64,000 nt of DNA from positions 17,546,001-17,610,000 of the forward strand of contig NC_087436.1 in assembly GCF_036321535.1 (NCBI RefSeq), written 5' to 3'. Every line of letters starts with the position of its first letter. Position 1 is the stretch's first letter. Both the position numbers and the translations under genes were made by a program. Below, in pieces: positions 1 to 13,159 of the stretch. A model generated the notes under the pieces. The model was not told the origin of the DNA, searched no databases, and saw nothing but the letters and a program-made list of their open reading frames with translations. This DNA comes from Camelus dromedarius. Its lineage: Eukaryota.

Positions 1-859
1 GTTTTCTCCTAGTATATGGCTTGTCTTATTCTCTTGACATTGTCTTTTGCAGAGCAGCTGTTTTTGATTTTAATGAAGTTCAGCATATCAATGATTTCTT
101 TCATAGATCATGCCTTTGGTGTTGGATCTAAATGTCATCATCACACCCAAAGTCATCTAGATTTCCTCCTAGGTTATCTTCTAGTAGTTTTATAGTTTTG
201 TGTTTTACATTTAGATCTGTAGACCATTTTGAGTTAATTATTTGTGAAGGGTATACAGTCAATGCTAAGATTCATTTATTTGCATGTGAATATCCAGATG
301 TTCCAGCACCATTTGTTGAAAATTTTATCTCTGCCTCATTGTATTCTCTTTGCTCCTTTGTATTATCTTTGCCTCTTTGTCAAAGACCAGAGAACTGTAT
401 TAAATGGTCTATTTCTGGGCTCTGTCCTATTCAATTGCTCTATTTATATATTCTTTTGCCAGTAACATACTGTCTTGATTACTGTAGTTTTATAGTAAGT
501 CTGAAGTCTGATAGTGTCAGTCCTCCAATTTTGTTCCTCTCCTTCAATATTGTGTTGCCTATACTGGGACTTCTGTCTTTCCATATAAACTTTAGAATCC
601 ATTTGCAGATATTCACAAAATAACTTGCTGGGATTTTGACTGTGATTGCAACAAACCTATAGATGAAATTGGGAAAAACTGACATCTTGACAATATTGAG
701 TCTTCATATCCATGTACATGGGCTAGCGCTCCATTTATTTATTTCTTCTTTGATATTTTTCTTCAGAGTTTTCCTCATACGGTTCATGTACATATGTTGT
801 TAGATTTATAACTAAGCATTACATTCTTGGGAGGATGCTAATTTAAATAGTATTGAGTT

Positions 860-962
860 ATGTATGTTCATGTATAACTGAAAAATTCTGCTCTACACTG
901 GAATTTGACACAACATTATAAAATGACTATAACTCAATAAAAAATGTAATAAATAAATTAAT
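860..962 (+). mobile_element. 5'-truncated young (camelid-type) L1 3' tail inserted into the old L1
   Basis: The sequence atgtatgttcatgtataactgaaaaattctgctctacactggaatttgacacaacatt...ctcaataaaaaa ends in an A-rich tail. A perfect 15-bp TSD aaatagtattgagtt flanks it at 845-859 and 963-977. Confidence 0.88.
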
Positions 963-3900
963 AAATAGTATTGAGTTTTTAATTTCAAATTTCATTTGTT
1001 CATTGTTGTTGTATAGAAAAGCGATTGATTTTTATATATTAACTTTGTATCCTGCAATCTTGATATAATCACTTTTCAGTTCCATAATTCTTTTGTTGAT
1101 TCTTTCAGATTTTCTATATAGATGATCATGTCATCTGTGAACGAAGTACCATTTCTTCCTTCTCGATTTGTATACATTTTATTTCCTTTTATTTTCTTGT
1201 TACTGTAGCTAGGACTCACAGTATGATATTGACCAGCAGTGGTTAAAGAGGACATCCTTGCCTTCTACCTAACCTTATTGCTTTCTACCTAACCTTAGTA
1301 GGAAAGCTTCAGGCTTCTCACCAGTAAGTATCATGCTGGCTGTTGTTTTTTTCATAGATATCTTCATCAAGTTAAGAAAGTTTCCCTCTATTTCTAGTTT
1401 AGTAAGAAGGTTTTATCATGAATGGGGTATTGGATTTTGTCACATGCTTTTTCTGCATTTTTGATATAATCATGAAACTTTTCTTTTTTAGTCTGTTGAA
1501 GTGATGAGTTACATTAATTGACCTTCAAATGTTGAAAATTTGCTAATATTTAGTTGAGGATTTTTGCATCTATGTTTAAGAAAGACATTGGTCTGTGGTT
1601 TTCTTTTCTTGTGTCCTTGTCTGGTTTTTGGTATTAGGGTAATACTGACCTCATAGAATGAGTTAACAAGTATTCCTTCAGCTTCTATCTTCTGAAAGAA
1701 AATGTAGACAAATAGTACAATTTCTTCCTTAAACACTTGATATAATTCACCAGTGAATCCACCTGGGCCTGGTGCTTTCTGTTACGGAAAGTTATAAATT
1801 ATTGATTAGATTCTTTAATGCAAACAGGCTTATTCAGATTGTCTCTCTCTCCTGTGTGAGCTTTGGCAGATTGTATCTTTGCAGGAATTGGCCCATTTCA
1901 CCTAAGTTGCCAAATTTGTGGTCATAGAGTTGTTCATACTATTACTTTACGATCCATTTACTGCCTGTGGAATCTGTAGTGATGTCCCTCTTTCATTTCT
2001 GACATTACAAATTTGTGTCCTCTTTTTTTTTTTTCTTATTTAAGCTGACTGAGGAGGCTTATCCATTTTGTTAGTCTTTTCAAAGCCTTTGGTTTTCCTG
2101 TTCTTCTATACTGATTTCTGCTCCAATTTTTTTTCTTCTGCTTACTTTGGATTTAATTTGCTCTTCTTTTTCTAGCTCCTTAAGGTGGAAACTTTGATTA
2201 TTGATTTCAGATTTTTCTTCCTTTCTAATATATGCATTCACTGCTATAAATCTCCTCAAGCACTGCTTTTGCTGTATCCCACAAATTTTGATATTGTGTT
2301 TTCATTCAGTTTAAAATATTTTATTTCATCTTGAGATTTCTTCTTGTCCTATTTATAAGTGTGCTGTTTAATCTCCCCATATGTTTGGGTTTTCCAGTTA
2401 TTTTTCTGTTATTAATTTCTAGTTTAATTCCATTGTGGTCTGAGAGCATGGATTCTACAATTGCTAGTCTCTTAAATTTGCTAAGGTGTGTCTTATGGCC
2501 CCAAATGTGGTCTATCTTGGTTAATATTTCATGTAAGTTTGAGGGAAAAAAAATGTGTATTCTGATGTTATTGGATGAAATAGTCTATAAATGTCAATTA
2601 TAGCTAGCTAATTGATAGTGTCCTCAGCTTAACTATGTGCTTACTGATTTTCTGCTTGCTGAATTGGTCCATTTCTAATAGAGGGATATTGAAGTCTCCA
2701 ACTGTAATAGTGAATTTATCTATTTCAACTTGCAGCTCTATCAGTTTTTGCCTCCTATGGTTTGATGCTCTATTGTTAGGAACATTCACATTAACGATTA
2801 CTATGTCCTCTTGGAGAATTGACCCTGTTAGCATTATGTAATATCCCTCTTTATTCCTGATAACTTTCTTTATTCTAAAGTCAGCTTGGTCTAAAATTAA
2901 TATAGCTATTCCTGCTTTCCTTGGATTAGTGATAGCATAATGTATCCTTCTCCACCTATTTACTTTTAATATATGGGTCTTTATATTTAAAGTGGATTTC
3001 TTGTAAACAATATATAATCAAGTCTGGCTTTTTGATCCTCTCTGATAATCACTGTCTTCTAATTGGTGCATTGAGACCACTGATGTTCGAAGTAATTATT
3101 GATAGAGTTGGAAGAATATCTACCATATTTGTTACTGGTTTTATATTTGTTGCCTTTGTCCTTTTGTTTCTATTTTTGTCTTCCATTCTTATTTGCCCAT
3201 TGTGATTTTGATTGAGCATTTTATATGATTCCATTTTCTCTCCTTTTTAGCATATTAATTATGCTTCTTTTTTTAGTGGTTGCCCTAGAGCTTGTAATAT
3301 ACATTAACAACTAATCCAAGTCTGCTATCAAATAACACTATACCACTTCACAGGCAATGCAAGTACCTTATAAGAAAGCAATTCCTCCTGTCTCTTGTAT
3401 CATTGTTACCATTTATTCATTTCACTTATACATAAGTGTATATATACATATAAGTATACATACTCAAATACAGTGTTGCTGTTATTATTCTGAACAACCT
3501 ATTATCTGTAGATCAATCAAGAATGAGAAAAGCAAAAGTTTCGATTTTACTCTCACTTACTCCTTCTCCAATGATCTTCCTTTCTTTCTGTAAATTTGAG
3601 TTTCTAACCCATATCATTTTTTTTCTGTCTAAAGAATCTGTTAACATTTCTTACAAGTTAGGTCCACAGACTGTAAATTACCTCTATTTTTGTTGGTCTG
3701 ACAAAGTATTTCTCCTATATTTTTGAAGGATAATTTCAGAGGGTTTAGAATTCTAGATTAGTGGGGTTTTTTCTCTCAACACCGAATATTTCACTCCACT
3801 CTCTTCTTACATGGTTTCTGAAGAAAAGTCAGATGTAACTCTTATCTTTGTTCCTCTGTAAGTAAGATTTCCACTCTCTCTAGATTCTTTCAGGATTTTT

Positions 3901-4599
3901 TTCTTTATCTTTGCTCTTCCACCATTTGAAAATGATATTCCTAGGTATAATTTTCTTTGCATTTATGCCGCTTGTCATTCTCTGAGCTTCCTGAATCTGT
4001 GGGTCAGTGTCTGACATTAATTTGGGGAAATTCTCACTCATTATTTTTTCAAATATTTCTTCTGTCTCTTTCTTTCTTTCTTTCTTTCTTCTCCTTCTGG
4101 TATTCCTCTCACAAATATGTCACAACTTTTGTAAATGTCTTGCAGTCTTTGGACATTCTGATTTTTCCCCCAGTGTTTATTCTCTTTGCTTTTTATTTTT
4201 AAAGGTTTCTATTGAGATATTCTCAAGATTAGAGAGTCTTTCCTCAGCTGTGTCCAGCCTGCTAATAAGCCCATTAAAGGCATTCTTCATTTTTGTTATG
4301 GTGGTTTTGATCTCTAGCATTTTTTTTTCTTAGAATTTCCACCTTTCTGCTTACATTGCCCATCTGTTCTTGAATTCTGCTTAATTTATCCATTAGGGCC
4401 CTTAGCATATTTACCATAAACATTTTAAATTTGTGGTCTGGTAATCCCAGCATCACTGCCATATCTGTGTCTGGTTCTGATGTTTGCTCTTCCTCTTTCA
4501 ACTGTGTCTTTTTGCCTTTTAGTGTATCTTGTAATTTTTTCTTGATATCTGGGCATGATGTGTTGGGTAAAATCAACTGTTATAAATAGGTCTTTAGCA

Positions 4600-4920
4600 C
4601 AGTCAGCCCTCTGTAGCTACAGGTTTCAAATCCACAGATGCAATCAATTGCATATTGACATGTTTTTTTAATTCCAGAAAGTTCTAAAAAGCAAAACTTA
4701 AATTTGTCATGCACTGGCAACTATTTATATAACATTTATATTGCATTAAATATTATAAGTAATCTAGAGATGATTTAAAGTATACAAGAGTATGTACAGA
4801 TGTGTGTATATTAAATGCAAAAACCACACCATTTTATGTAAGAGATTTGAGGCATCTGAGGATTTTGGTGTTTGTGGAGGGTCCTGGAGCCAATCTGCCT
4901 CAGATACTTAGGGATGACTA
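4600..4920 (-). mobile_element. MER2/MER2B-like TcMar-Tigger DNA transposon nested at the L1 ORF1/5'UTR boundary
   Basis: Degenerate TIRs (cagtcagccctc ... agggatgacta, followed by TA). Internal MER2-type motifs: ccagaaagttctaaaaagcaaaact and gggtcctggagccaatc. Confidence 0.82.
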
Positions 4921-5837
4921 TAAAGTGGCAGTAAGGTAGAGGGGAAGGGTTTTGTCCTCCTGTGATTAGGTCCCAGGCTTTAAGTGAGCCTGTTCTTCTG
5001 GACTGTGCAGTTCACATGCGCTTTTCAGCTTTCCTTAGGTGGGAAAAGATGGCTAGAGTTGGGCACGGTTGGATATTTCCCTTCTCCCACATGGAAGGCT
5101 AGAAGGTACTGGAGTCAGTATCTCCTTTCCCTCGGGTCAGTTTAGGTGCTGATAAAATCCCAGCTGGTTAGGCTCTCATTAACTAGTTTCTCCTAATGGC
5201 AGACCTTATTAAGAACAGAAATCTCCAGCATATTTCAAAATGCTTCCTTTTCCATGCCCTCTGCCAGAATCACAAGGGGATTTTTCTCCCATAGTTACTC
5301 TGAGAACCTGGTAGGGCTCCAGGAGGTAGAACTCACAAAAGTGTGGGGCTCCCCCAGCCCATGACTGGGTCCCCGTGGAATTTTTACCTCTCAGTCTCGC
5401 CAACACTAAGCCTCCAGCTCTTCATCAATTACAGTTCAGGTTTGCCCACCCTGGGCTCTGGTTCTTAAGGAGGTTTCATGTGGTGAGTTTCTGTTCTAGC
5501 AAGGTGGGACTTTCTGTATTTGCCTGCCGGTCTCTCCAATTTGGGGGCAGCAGTTTGCTCTGTAACCTCATTTCTTTTATGGATTTAAGAAGAGTTGGTT
5601 TTTCAGTTTGTTCAGCTTTTTACTGGTTATTAGGATAAAGTGGCAACTCCCAAGCTTTTCATGTGCTAGATTAGAAACTGGAATCTCAGGCTCTTATTTT
5701 TTGATAATTTTTAAAAAATAACTTTCCATGTTTTAGGTTTTCTCAGAGTTTAACCTTCTCTAACTTTATAGCAGAATACAGGGCCCACAAGCAAGGAGGA
5801 GTTAACTCAGAGAGGTAAGGACAATCCCTTATCAATA

Positions 5838-5975
5838 TCTCTCCCTATTTCTCTCTCTCTCTCTCTCTCTCCCCCCACCCCACTTCTCTCTGCTTCCTCC
5901 TCCTTCTCTCTTCTTCCTCCTCTCTCCTTTCTCCTCTCTCCTTCCTCTTTCTTTCCCTTAACACATACATACACA
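5838..5975. repeat. CT-rich low-complexity / (CT)n microsatellite
   Basis: A (CT)n run followed by a pyrimidine-rich tract. Confidence 0.85.
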
Positions 5976-6489
5976 GTTAAAATAGTCTGTGTCTTTGTCC
6001 TTAGGCAATCCACGATTACGCTTATTAAAACAACAACAAAAAACATTTGGAAGCCTGATAATGATATGCTAGGTTTTCCATACCCTATTCCAATACTCAA
6101 TTTACTTCTTGTACCCAGAGTTCTTTGTTATACAATGGGTTTCTGAGCTATTTCCCTTCAAACAAATATCCCTTTAAACCTCAAATACAGTGTAAGAAAA
6201 GATTTTCTCCTTATCTTTCTTTAAAAAAAGTTTTATGTGATACAAATTGATAACATCAGTTATTAAATTATTTAGTTACTATTTTAATCTTGTATATTAA
6301 AGTATAAATTAGTATCAAATTGAATCTATGGTTCCAGGGCCGTTACATTAATTTTTATCATTAGATTTCAGGATTATGGATGGGAGGAAGGATAGATGTG
6401 AAATATTTTCTCATTTTTTATTTTAAAAAAAATCAATAAGTGACATAATTAATGCAGATAAAGTAAAAACTTGGCTTTAACTTGATAAG

Positions 6490-6935
6490 TTTTATATTTC
6501 TTAATTATCATAAGATTTTGTGCTCAGTGTGAATTATCCAAACATCATAGAAGTGTATTAAATAAAAGTGAAAGTTTTACTCCTTCCATGCCCCAGCCCC
6601 ACTGCTCCAGGATAATCACTATTAATAGTTTAATTACAAAAGTTGTAGACCTTTTAGGTTTGCACATATATACATATATATATACACTGATATACAAAAG
6701 AATGAATCATACTATACATAATATACTTAAATTTGCTTTCATCCACCCAACATTATAGAACATTTTTTATACAACTACATACAAATCTTCCTCATTTATT
6801 TCAAAGTCTGCCTAGTATTCCATCTTATGGATGTGTCGTCATTTATTTAACCATGCTCTGGTTGATAAACATTTTGTCTGTTTTCAATTTTTCACCGTCA
6901 CAAATAATGCTGCAGTAAACATCCTTGTACATAAA
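6490..6935 (-). mobile_element. Ancient L1 (L1ME-like) 3' fragment
   Basis: tagtattccatcttatggatgtg...atttatttaacc...aataatgctgcagtaaacatccttgtacata is typical antisense L1M 3' sequence. Confidence 0.7.
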
Positions 6936-7644
6936 TTACTGTGACATGTTTATTTTTACCACTCACCCTACAACGTCTGACAAACACACAATCTAGCACT
7001 AGACAAAGGTTTCACTGTCTATTTTCAAGTTAGAGTTCACAGTTGGGCAAGTCCTACAGGAGAACAAAACAACACATGGCATGGACTTTAACACAGTGAA
7101 CTACAGATGACTTCCAGATCCTGAAGATCAATGGATCTAATACATTCTCAGCAAGGAGAGAGCCCATTTAGATACAGGCTCAGATTCACAGTTCATGTTT
7201 ATAAAGGGAGGGGATGAATGGGAGGAGAAAAATTCATGTCTCAAAGGGTAGTGCCTGAAATATTAGACTCACCAAAGGGCATCTGAGGTAAGATTCAGGG
7301 GAAAGGAAAAAAAAACTCTGACACTTTCCAAGCGCTTACAGGAAGCAAAGGTCAAAGCCCAGATAAGTTTACTGGTTCTTTAGGGGTTACACGCCCTCTA
7401 AATTGCTACAGTCATCACTTGTCATGAGGGTTAAACTACTGCTGTAGAATCTAATAGCAAGTACTGTATACAAAAGCAGCAAATACACAATGTCACGTGC
7501 AGGTGACACCTTGATCCCTGGCAGAACATTCAATCTCCTAGTTCCACTGCATTTTCTATCACGTGTTAGAAACTTTCCCCCAAACTTCATTACTCCTAGC
7601 TTCCATACCACATCTCTCTTTTTTTTTTCTAACATGATAGATCA

Positions 7645-7850
7645 ACTACAACTTTTGAGCAATTACAAACTGCCCAGCACTATGCTGAGTACCTTTGGGC
7701 ATTATCTCATGTAAACTTTGCATCAGTGCGACGAATGCCATGCTATCATTACTCCCATTGTGCAGACTCAGAGAGATCACCGTGCCGATACTTGGCAGAA
7801 CGAGGGCTCATATTCAGGAAGGCACACTCTAGAGACCATGTGTCTACTCA
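7645..7850 (-). mobile_element. MIR SINE fragment
   Basis: ttgagcaattac...cccagcactatgctgagtacctt...attatctcatgtaa...tcattactcccatt matches the antisense MIR core and 3' end. Confidence 0.65.
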
Positions 7851-8360
7851 CTACAGGAGATCATCTATTTTATTCTGAATGTTTAAGGAAGAAAATCTTC
7901 GGATGGAAATGATGGTACGCTATTAATACATGGTAATGAGAGTAGAAACACTCAATTTCCTTTAGCTTCCATCTTAGTTGCCAGGGAACTTAATTATCAG
8001 ATTATCAGAAGCAGAATACTGGTGAAAAGGTCCTAAAGCCCAAAGTAAGGAAGAAGAATTTGCCCTTCAAAATTGGTTTGAGATCCTTCCAAAAGTTTTA
8101 AGAGGATACCCAATAAGACTTTTGGAGCAAATTGGAAACCTTTGAGAAATCCTGGAGAATAAAATAAATACATGATACTAGGAAACAGACAAATACAGAT
8201 TTAATGTTCAAGAGGAGAAGGTGGATTTTAGAAATTCATGCCTAAGTGTATTCATGAAACATGATCAAGATTCCACCAGTGATTATTAAAAGCATTTCTT
8301 ATTTGAAAATAAAACAAAAATCTCTGGACAGAACTACAGATTTCAAAGGGAGAAAATGTT

Positions 8361-8423
8361 TTTCTTTCTTGCTTGCTGGCTTGCTCGCTCGCTCGCTCGC
8401 TCTCTCTTTCTTTCTTTCTTTCT
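8361..8423. repeat. Compound microsatellite (CTTG)(CTCG)n(CT)(CTTT)n
   Basis: Directly visible. Confidence 0.85.
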
Positions 8424-9337
8424 ATCTTTATGCACCAATGTATCTGGACTAAAGTCTCCAATTACTATTTTTCAGAAAAGTATTTATTAAAAGCTTTCAT
8501 GATGGAAGCATACAAGACGGAAAAATACAAGGTCAATGACATGCAGTTTGGGGGAGAACTAATTACTTCAACCATTAAACCCAAGACTGTTAATTGGTCC
8601 AAATACATCCAAAATAAGAGTCTCTAATAGCAAGTTGCAGCAAGTACAGTAGGTAGCACAATCAGAACTTAAAAGTTTTTTGCAGGACGTTCAGGCCTAA
8701 ATCTAGAAAGATAAAATTTAATGTGAATAAATAAAACTAAAATATCTGAAACAGTTTATTTCTCCAAGTAACTTTGGATAATACTTCCTAATAATGTGAT
8801 TAAGCATTCCTGATAATGCCTGAAAATGGGACAGGCAAAACAAAGTTTTACTGCAAAGTTCAATTAAATAGCTAACACTGCACTGGGCGTTAGAAAGCCT
8901 GAAGTAGATGGAGTCCATACGACAACAGCTGGGTAATCTTAAGCTGCACGACTCAGTCACCTTACAGCATTCAGTGTTGTTTCATTTCTTTCCTAGTCGG
9001 AAAAAGTTTTTACTGCTTTTTAGTTCATACTTGCTTCTTTCTCTATTAACCCCACATTACTGAAAACATACTACAAATACGGACTTCTGCCCCCACACAA
9101 AATCTCCAGCTATGACCTTTAGGGCAGACCATGTGTATTACCAACCTAACAGCCACCCGGCTCCTTTTCATGCTGCCAGGGTCCCAGTCTGTTCTGGGGT
9201 TTACCCTTCCCCCTTCAACTCAGAAAAACTCTGAGGGGTCACAGTCAGTCACAGGGTCTCATCTTCCTTGTCTGTGACTGGTTTTGGGGAAGGGCACACA
9301 TGCAGTTCAGTTTGGACAATAGACATGTGCAGATATC

Positions 9338-9460
9338 CACATCCATTCATTCCACAAATATTTACCGAAGCACCTACTACATGGCAGACACAAGGGGAAC
9401 CAGCAGCGGACAAAACAGAAATGTCTCTGCCCACACGAGCCCTAGATTCTAACTGGAGAA
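9338..9460 (-). mobile_element. L2 3' end fragment
   Basis: cattcattccacaaatatttaccgaagcacctactacatggcagacac is the antisense L2 terminus. Confidence 0.7.
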
Positions 9461-10589
9461 GGAATTTGGAGAAGGAATAAAATTAATAGAAAACATGAAA
9501 AGGGTTAAAAGGCTTTTAGAAAAAGAGTCTTCATTTTTAATATTTTTTAATGTCAAAGAAAAGAACTTGATCTTAACCTTTCTCTGAAATCAATGTATAG
9601 AAAGTGATCCTTGGAGCTTCAGCAATGTGGAGCTAGCCAACCTAGCTGGGACAGCAATGCAGAAAGATGGAAAGAACCACCACTGAGCTGCTAAACTAAT
9701 CAACCTGGCCACCATCCTTAAGTTTTATTTCTGCTGAGTGTATCCTAACTGTTCAGATATGGTGTACAGGGTTGGTAGAAAAGATTCCAGAGCAATCTAC
9801 TGGTCTCTCATCTTTTTTATAGGCAGAGTTGACTAGGAAATCCATCACTACCTTACGAATAGATGACATTAAACAAAAAAGTGAACAGATGCACCATTTC
9901 CTGGCCATTGAGGTAGAAAAAAATATGTAGAATGAAGGCACACAGACCAACCAGCCCACTAACATAAGAATATACGTCCTTTATAAGTCTACTTCAGTAA
10001 AGGCTCAGATTGCTGCTTTCTGGCACTGAAAGAGTAGGTATTCATCATCACAGAGAGATTAAGGTCATTTTGAGGCTTTCCTTATATGTGTGCTTGTAAC
10101 AATGACCCAGCCATAATCATTATCTATCTGGCTAGCTAGCTATGTGTATATTTAATATACTTAACCTGCAGAAGATGATTTAGAAATTCTAATTTGAGTC
10201 TTTAAAATATATTTAATGATGAGAATATTCAGTGAGAGAAAACCTTCATTTTTGTGCAGTTATGGAGATGGACAACATAGCTAACAGATATGCTCAAAAA
10301 CTAGGTGAGAAGAAACTATGTCATTTTCCCAAATGTTAAGATGATGAGGCTACACTTCCTGCGATTACAGAGAGCAGAAATCCCTCATGGTCACTGAGAG
10401 GGAGGAACTTTAACTTAATGAATGAATGAATATTTCAGCATCTGCAATTTGGCCGTGCATATTCATGGCTTTTTTTTACCCAAAGACACAGTGAAAATTT
10501 ACATTCCTGTTGAGACAAGAGATAAAACTCTCTTTCTCTCTTTCTCTCTCTCCTCCTCCATCCCCCATTCCTTTCCTCCCTCTCTTCTT

Positions 10590-11200
10590 TCTTTCCTTCC
10601 TTCCATTCTTTTTCAGCAAACATTGAGTGCCTTCTATGGAGCAGGTACTGTGTGCACTACATAAATATGACAGATAAGACAGAGTTTTTGCCCTTAAGAA
10701 ACTTTTTATTCTAAGAAAAGAAAAAGATACATTTCAAGTTCTCATGTATTTGCCTGGTGAATGTTATCTAATAAACAGTGAACGCTACTGAAATCCAAAG
10801 TGAGGAGAGAGAGGGCTATGAGTAGAATTCATGTGGAGATATTTCAAGCAAAAAATGACTTTTAAATCAGATTTAATAAGGTAATGAGAATTTATAAAGG
10901 GAAAGGAAAGGCAATGAAGGCTAGAGAAAATGTGAAACAGAAGTTGTATGTAGGTTGTTGAAGGGGCAGTGACTAGCTTGGTTGCTGGAAAGTACACAGT
11001 TCCTGTGGAAGTGTCATGAGAGTTAAGCTTGGAAGGTAGCATGAGATCATGTAATAGAGGTCTTTGAAGGACAGGCTAATCCTTGGTCTAAAGCTGTTGG
11101 CACTGAGAAGCTTATTTAAGCAAGGCAAGAAATACAGAACAGAACTTAAGAAAAGTTGTCTATCACTGTGTGTTGCAATGGAAAACAATACTTGTATCAC
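10590..11200 (-). mobile_element. L2 fragments
   Basis: cattctttttcagcaaacattgagtgccttctatggagcaggtactgtg, plus downstream L2-like purine-rich body. Confidence 0.55.
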
Positions 11201-11271
11201 TACTAGACTGTGATGTTTGAGTTGAAATCAAGGTTTCTAAAAGAGAGTAAACAATTGCAGGCCAGAGCACC

Positions 11272-11900
11272 TGTGATACTGTGATGAGGACAAAGATGTC
11301 CTTTGTTATGTTAATGAGGTGACTTTTGGAAAGCACCTAAGGGTAGAGGCTGGTCGTTAAATGGAGCCAGTCCTGCCATTGGAGGGTTAGAATTTTCAGC
11401 TCCCCCATCCCCCACCCCCACCTCCCGGGAGGAGAGAGGGGCTAAAGGTTGAGCTCAATCACCAACGGCCAATGAATCAATCAATCATGTTTATGTAATG
11501 CAGCCTCCATGAGTCCGTAAAAGGCACCTGGAGAGGGTGTGGAAGCTCTGCATCCCTTCCCTGCACCTTTCCTTATGCTCTCATCCATCTGGCTGTTCCT
11601 GAGTTTTATCCTCTTATAATAAACCAGTGATCTAGTAAGGAAAATGTTTCTGAGTTCTCTGAGGCGCACTAGCAAACTTATCAAACCTGAGGAGGTAGAG
11701 TCCTTGGAACCTCCCATCTATAGCTGGTCAGTCAGAAGCACAGGTGACAACCTAGGCTTATGTCTGGTATCTGAATTTGGGGCGGGGGTCAGTGCTGTAG
11801 GACTGAGCCCTTAACCTGTGGGATCTGACACTATCTCTGGGTAGCAAGAGTCAGAATTTAGTTAATTGCTTGGTGGTATTGGAAATCCCACACGTTGGAA
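11272..11900 (+). mobile_element. MER21-like solo LTR (ERVL class)
   Basis: Starts with TG. MER21 hallmarks: aatcaccaacggccaatgaatcaatcaatcatg, ataataaacc, gttctctgag...tagcaaa, ggactgagcccttaacctgtgggatctgacact. Confidence 0.85.
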
Positions 11901-13086
11901 AACAAGAAGGATAAGGAGAAAAGACAGTTTAGTGAATATAAGACTCTTGTAATAACAGAGACTAACAATATGAATATTTTCAACTGTTAAAGTCTGATTA
12001 TAGCATGGATAAGAGGAGGAAATAATTTAAGTAACAGAATCACACCAAACCCATCATTACTTCAGGAAAAGTGAAGTTCTCAATTTCAAAACCATAATCA
12101 AAACGTTAGTTTAAAAGTGCACACTCTATTTAACTCATTCATCAATTGTTTCAAAATATAATATTTTAAAGCTAATTTTAATAATAAAAATCCTATCAAT
12201 GAATTGAGCTGTCTCCTAGAAAACCTTTTATTAATCCGATCACATTCTATAATCATTTTTAAAAAAAAGCCCAGGAATGCTAATAAGAGAAAAACTGTTT
12301 TAGGGAAATGAAACATCCTAGCATAGAACTACTCATATTATGCTACACAAGAGTCTCAGTGGAAAAATGCTAAATATTATCAAAGGTCTCTCTCTCCAAA
12401 GCCAGAGCCCTGGGGCATAACACACTCCTCCAAGAATTATGTTCTAAATTAGCTCATGTTCTCCTAGATCGTTTATTAGAACTTTATAAGCAGATCTGGA
12501 AATTAAAAACCATCCATATTATACACTTTGTCAATATTTTATGCATTATATGAAGAAGGAAGACTGCTACAGTTTAAATTTCTCATTGGCTCTCTGCCTC
12601 CAAAAACACCAGTTTGGAAGGTATGACTCAGATTCTCACCTGGCAGGTAGAACACAAAATGTTCTCTTTTTACTCCTGGAGACAAGCCTGGACTCATGCC
12701 AGGAAGACTCTCTCCAGCTAACAAATGAACGTCCATTGATGATATTTTAAACACAGGCTTTTGTATTGAGGTGAGGTTTTCTAGTATTTAATGAAAATGA
12801 GTACTTACATGGGTTCAGCTTACTTTAAATGACCTCCTTCAATCTGAAACCTGAGTAAAAGTTTCTCAATTGCTAATGATCCCCATCCCAAAAGAAAGCT
12901 AAGGATGAAAGATGATGACACACTGAATTTTTCAAAGGTGAAAGAGTGTACCTATCATAGAGGTAAGATGATTGAAAAGAACTCACAAAGGAATATACTA
13001 ATATATATAATCATTCTCTTATTAATAAGAGAACGATGGTACTCTTCTCTCTCTGCCCTGCCACGTTTCTCTTCTAATGGGCTTAC

Positions 13087-13159
13087 CCCTGGGTCAAGCA
13101 GAAAACTCTTCGGGTAGAATGAGCCATTAATGCAGCTTTGATACAATGCAAGTTTATGC
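13087..13159 (-). other. Candidate spliced exon (73 nt), unverified
   Basis: Acceptor attattttgtag|G (moderate) and donor GGG|gtaagc. Confidence 0.22.

Larger units (their letters stand above)
1..5690 (-). mobile_element. Old L1M (L1MC/L1MD-like) LINE-1 with 5'UTR, ORF1 and most of ORF2, degraded and running off the left window edge
   Basis: Minus-strand peptides occur in L1 order. ORF1 coiled-coil at 4274-4576 (NMLRALMDKLSRIQEQMGNVSRKVEILRK); ORF1 motif LTYRGTKIRVTSDFSSETM at 3810-3866; endonuclease at 2604-2834 (GSILQEDIVIVN...TITVGDFNIPL); RT N-terminal part at 1509-1736 ([24 protein letters not shown]); post-RT at 479-685 (ILKFIWK...NKIGGLTLSDF). There are many stops and frameshifts. The L1M-type 5' end lies near 5600-5690. 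Confidence 0.93.

Noticed and set aside
132..623. Longest ORF in the window (163 aa, plus strand)
   Set aside because: It is the antisense reading of the degraded L1 ORF2 and has no independent homology
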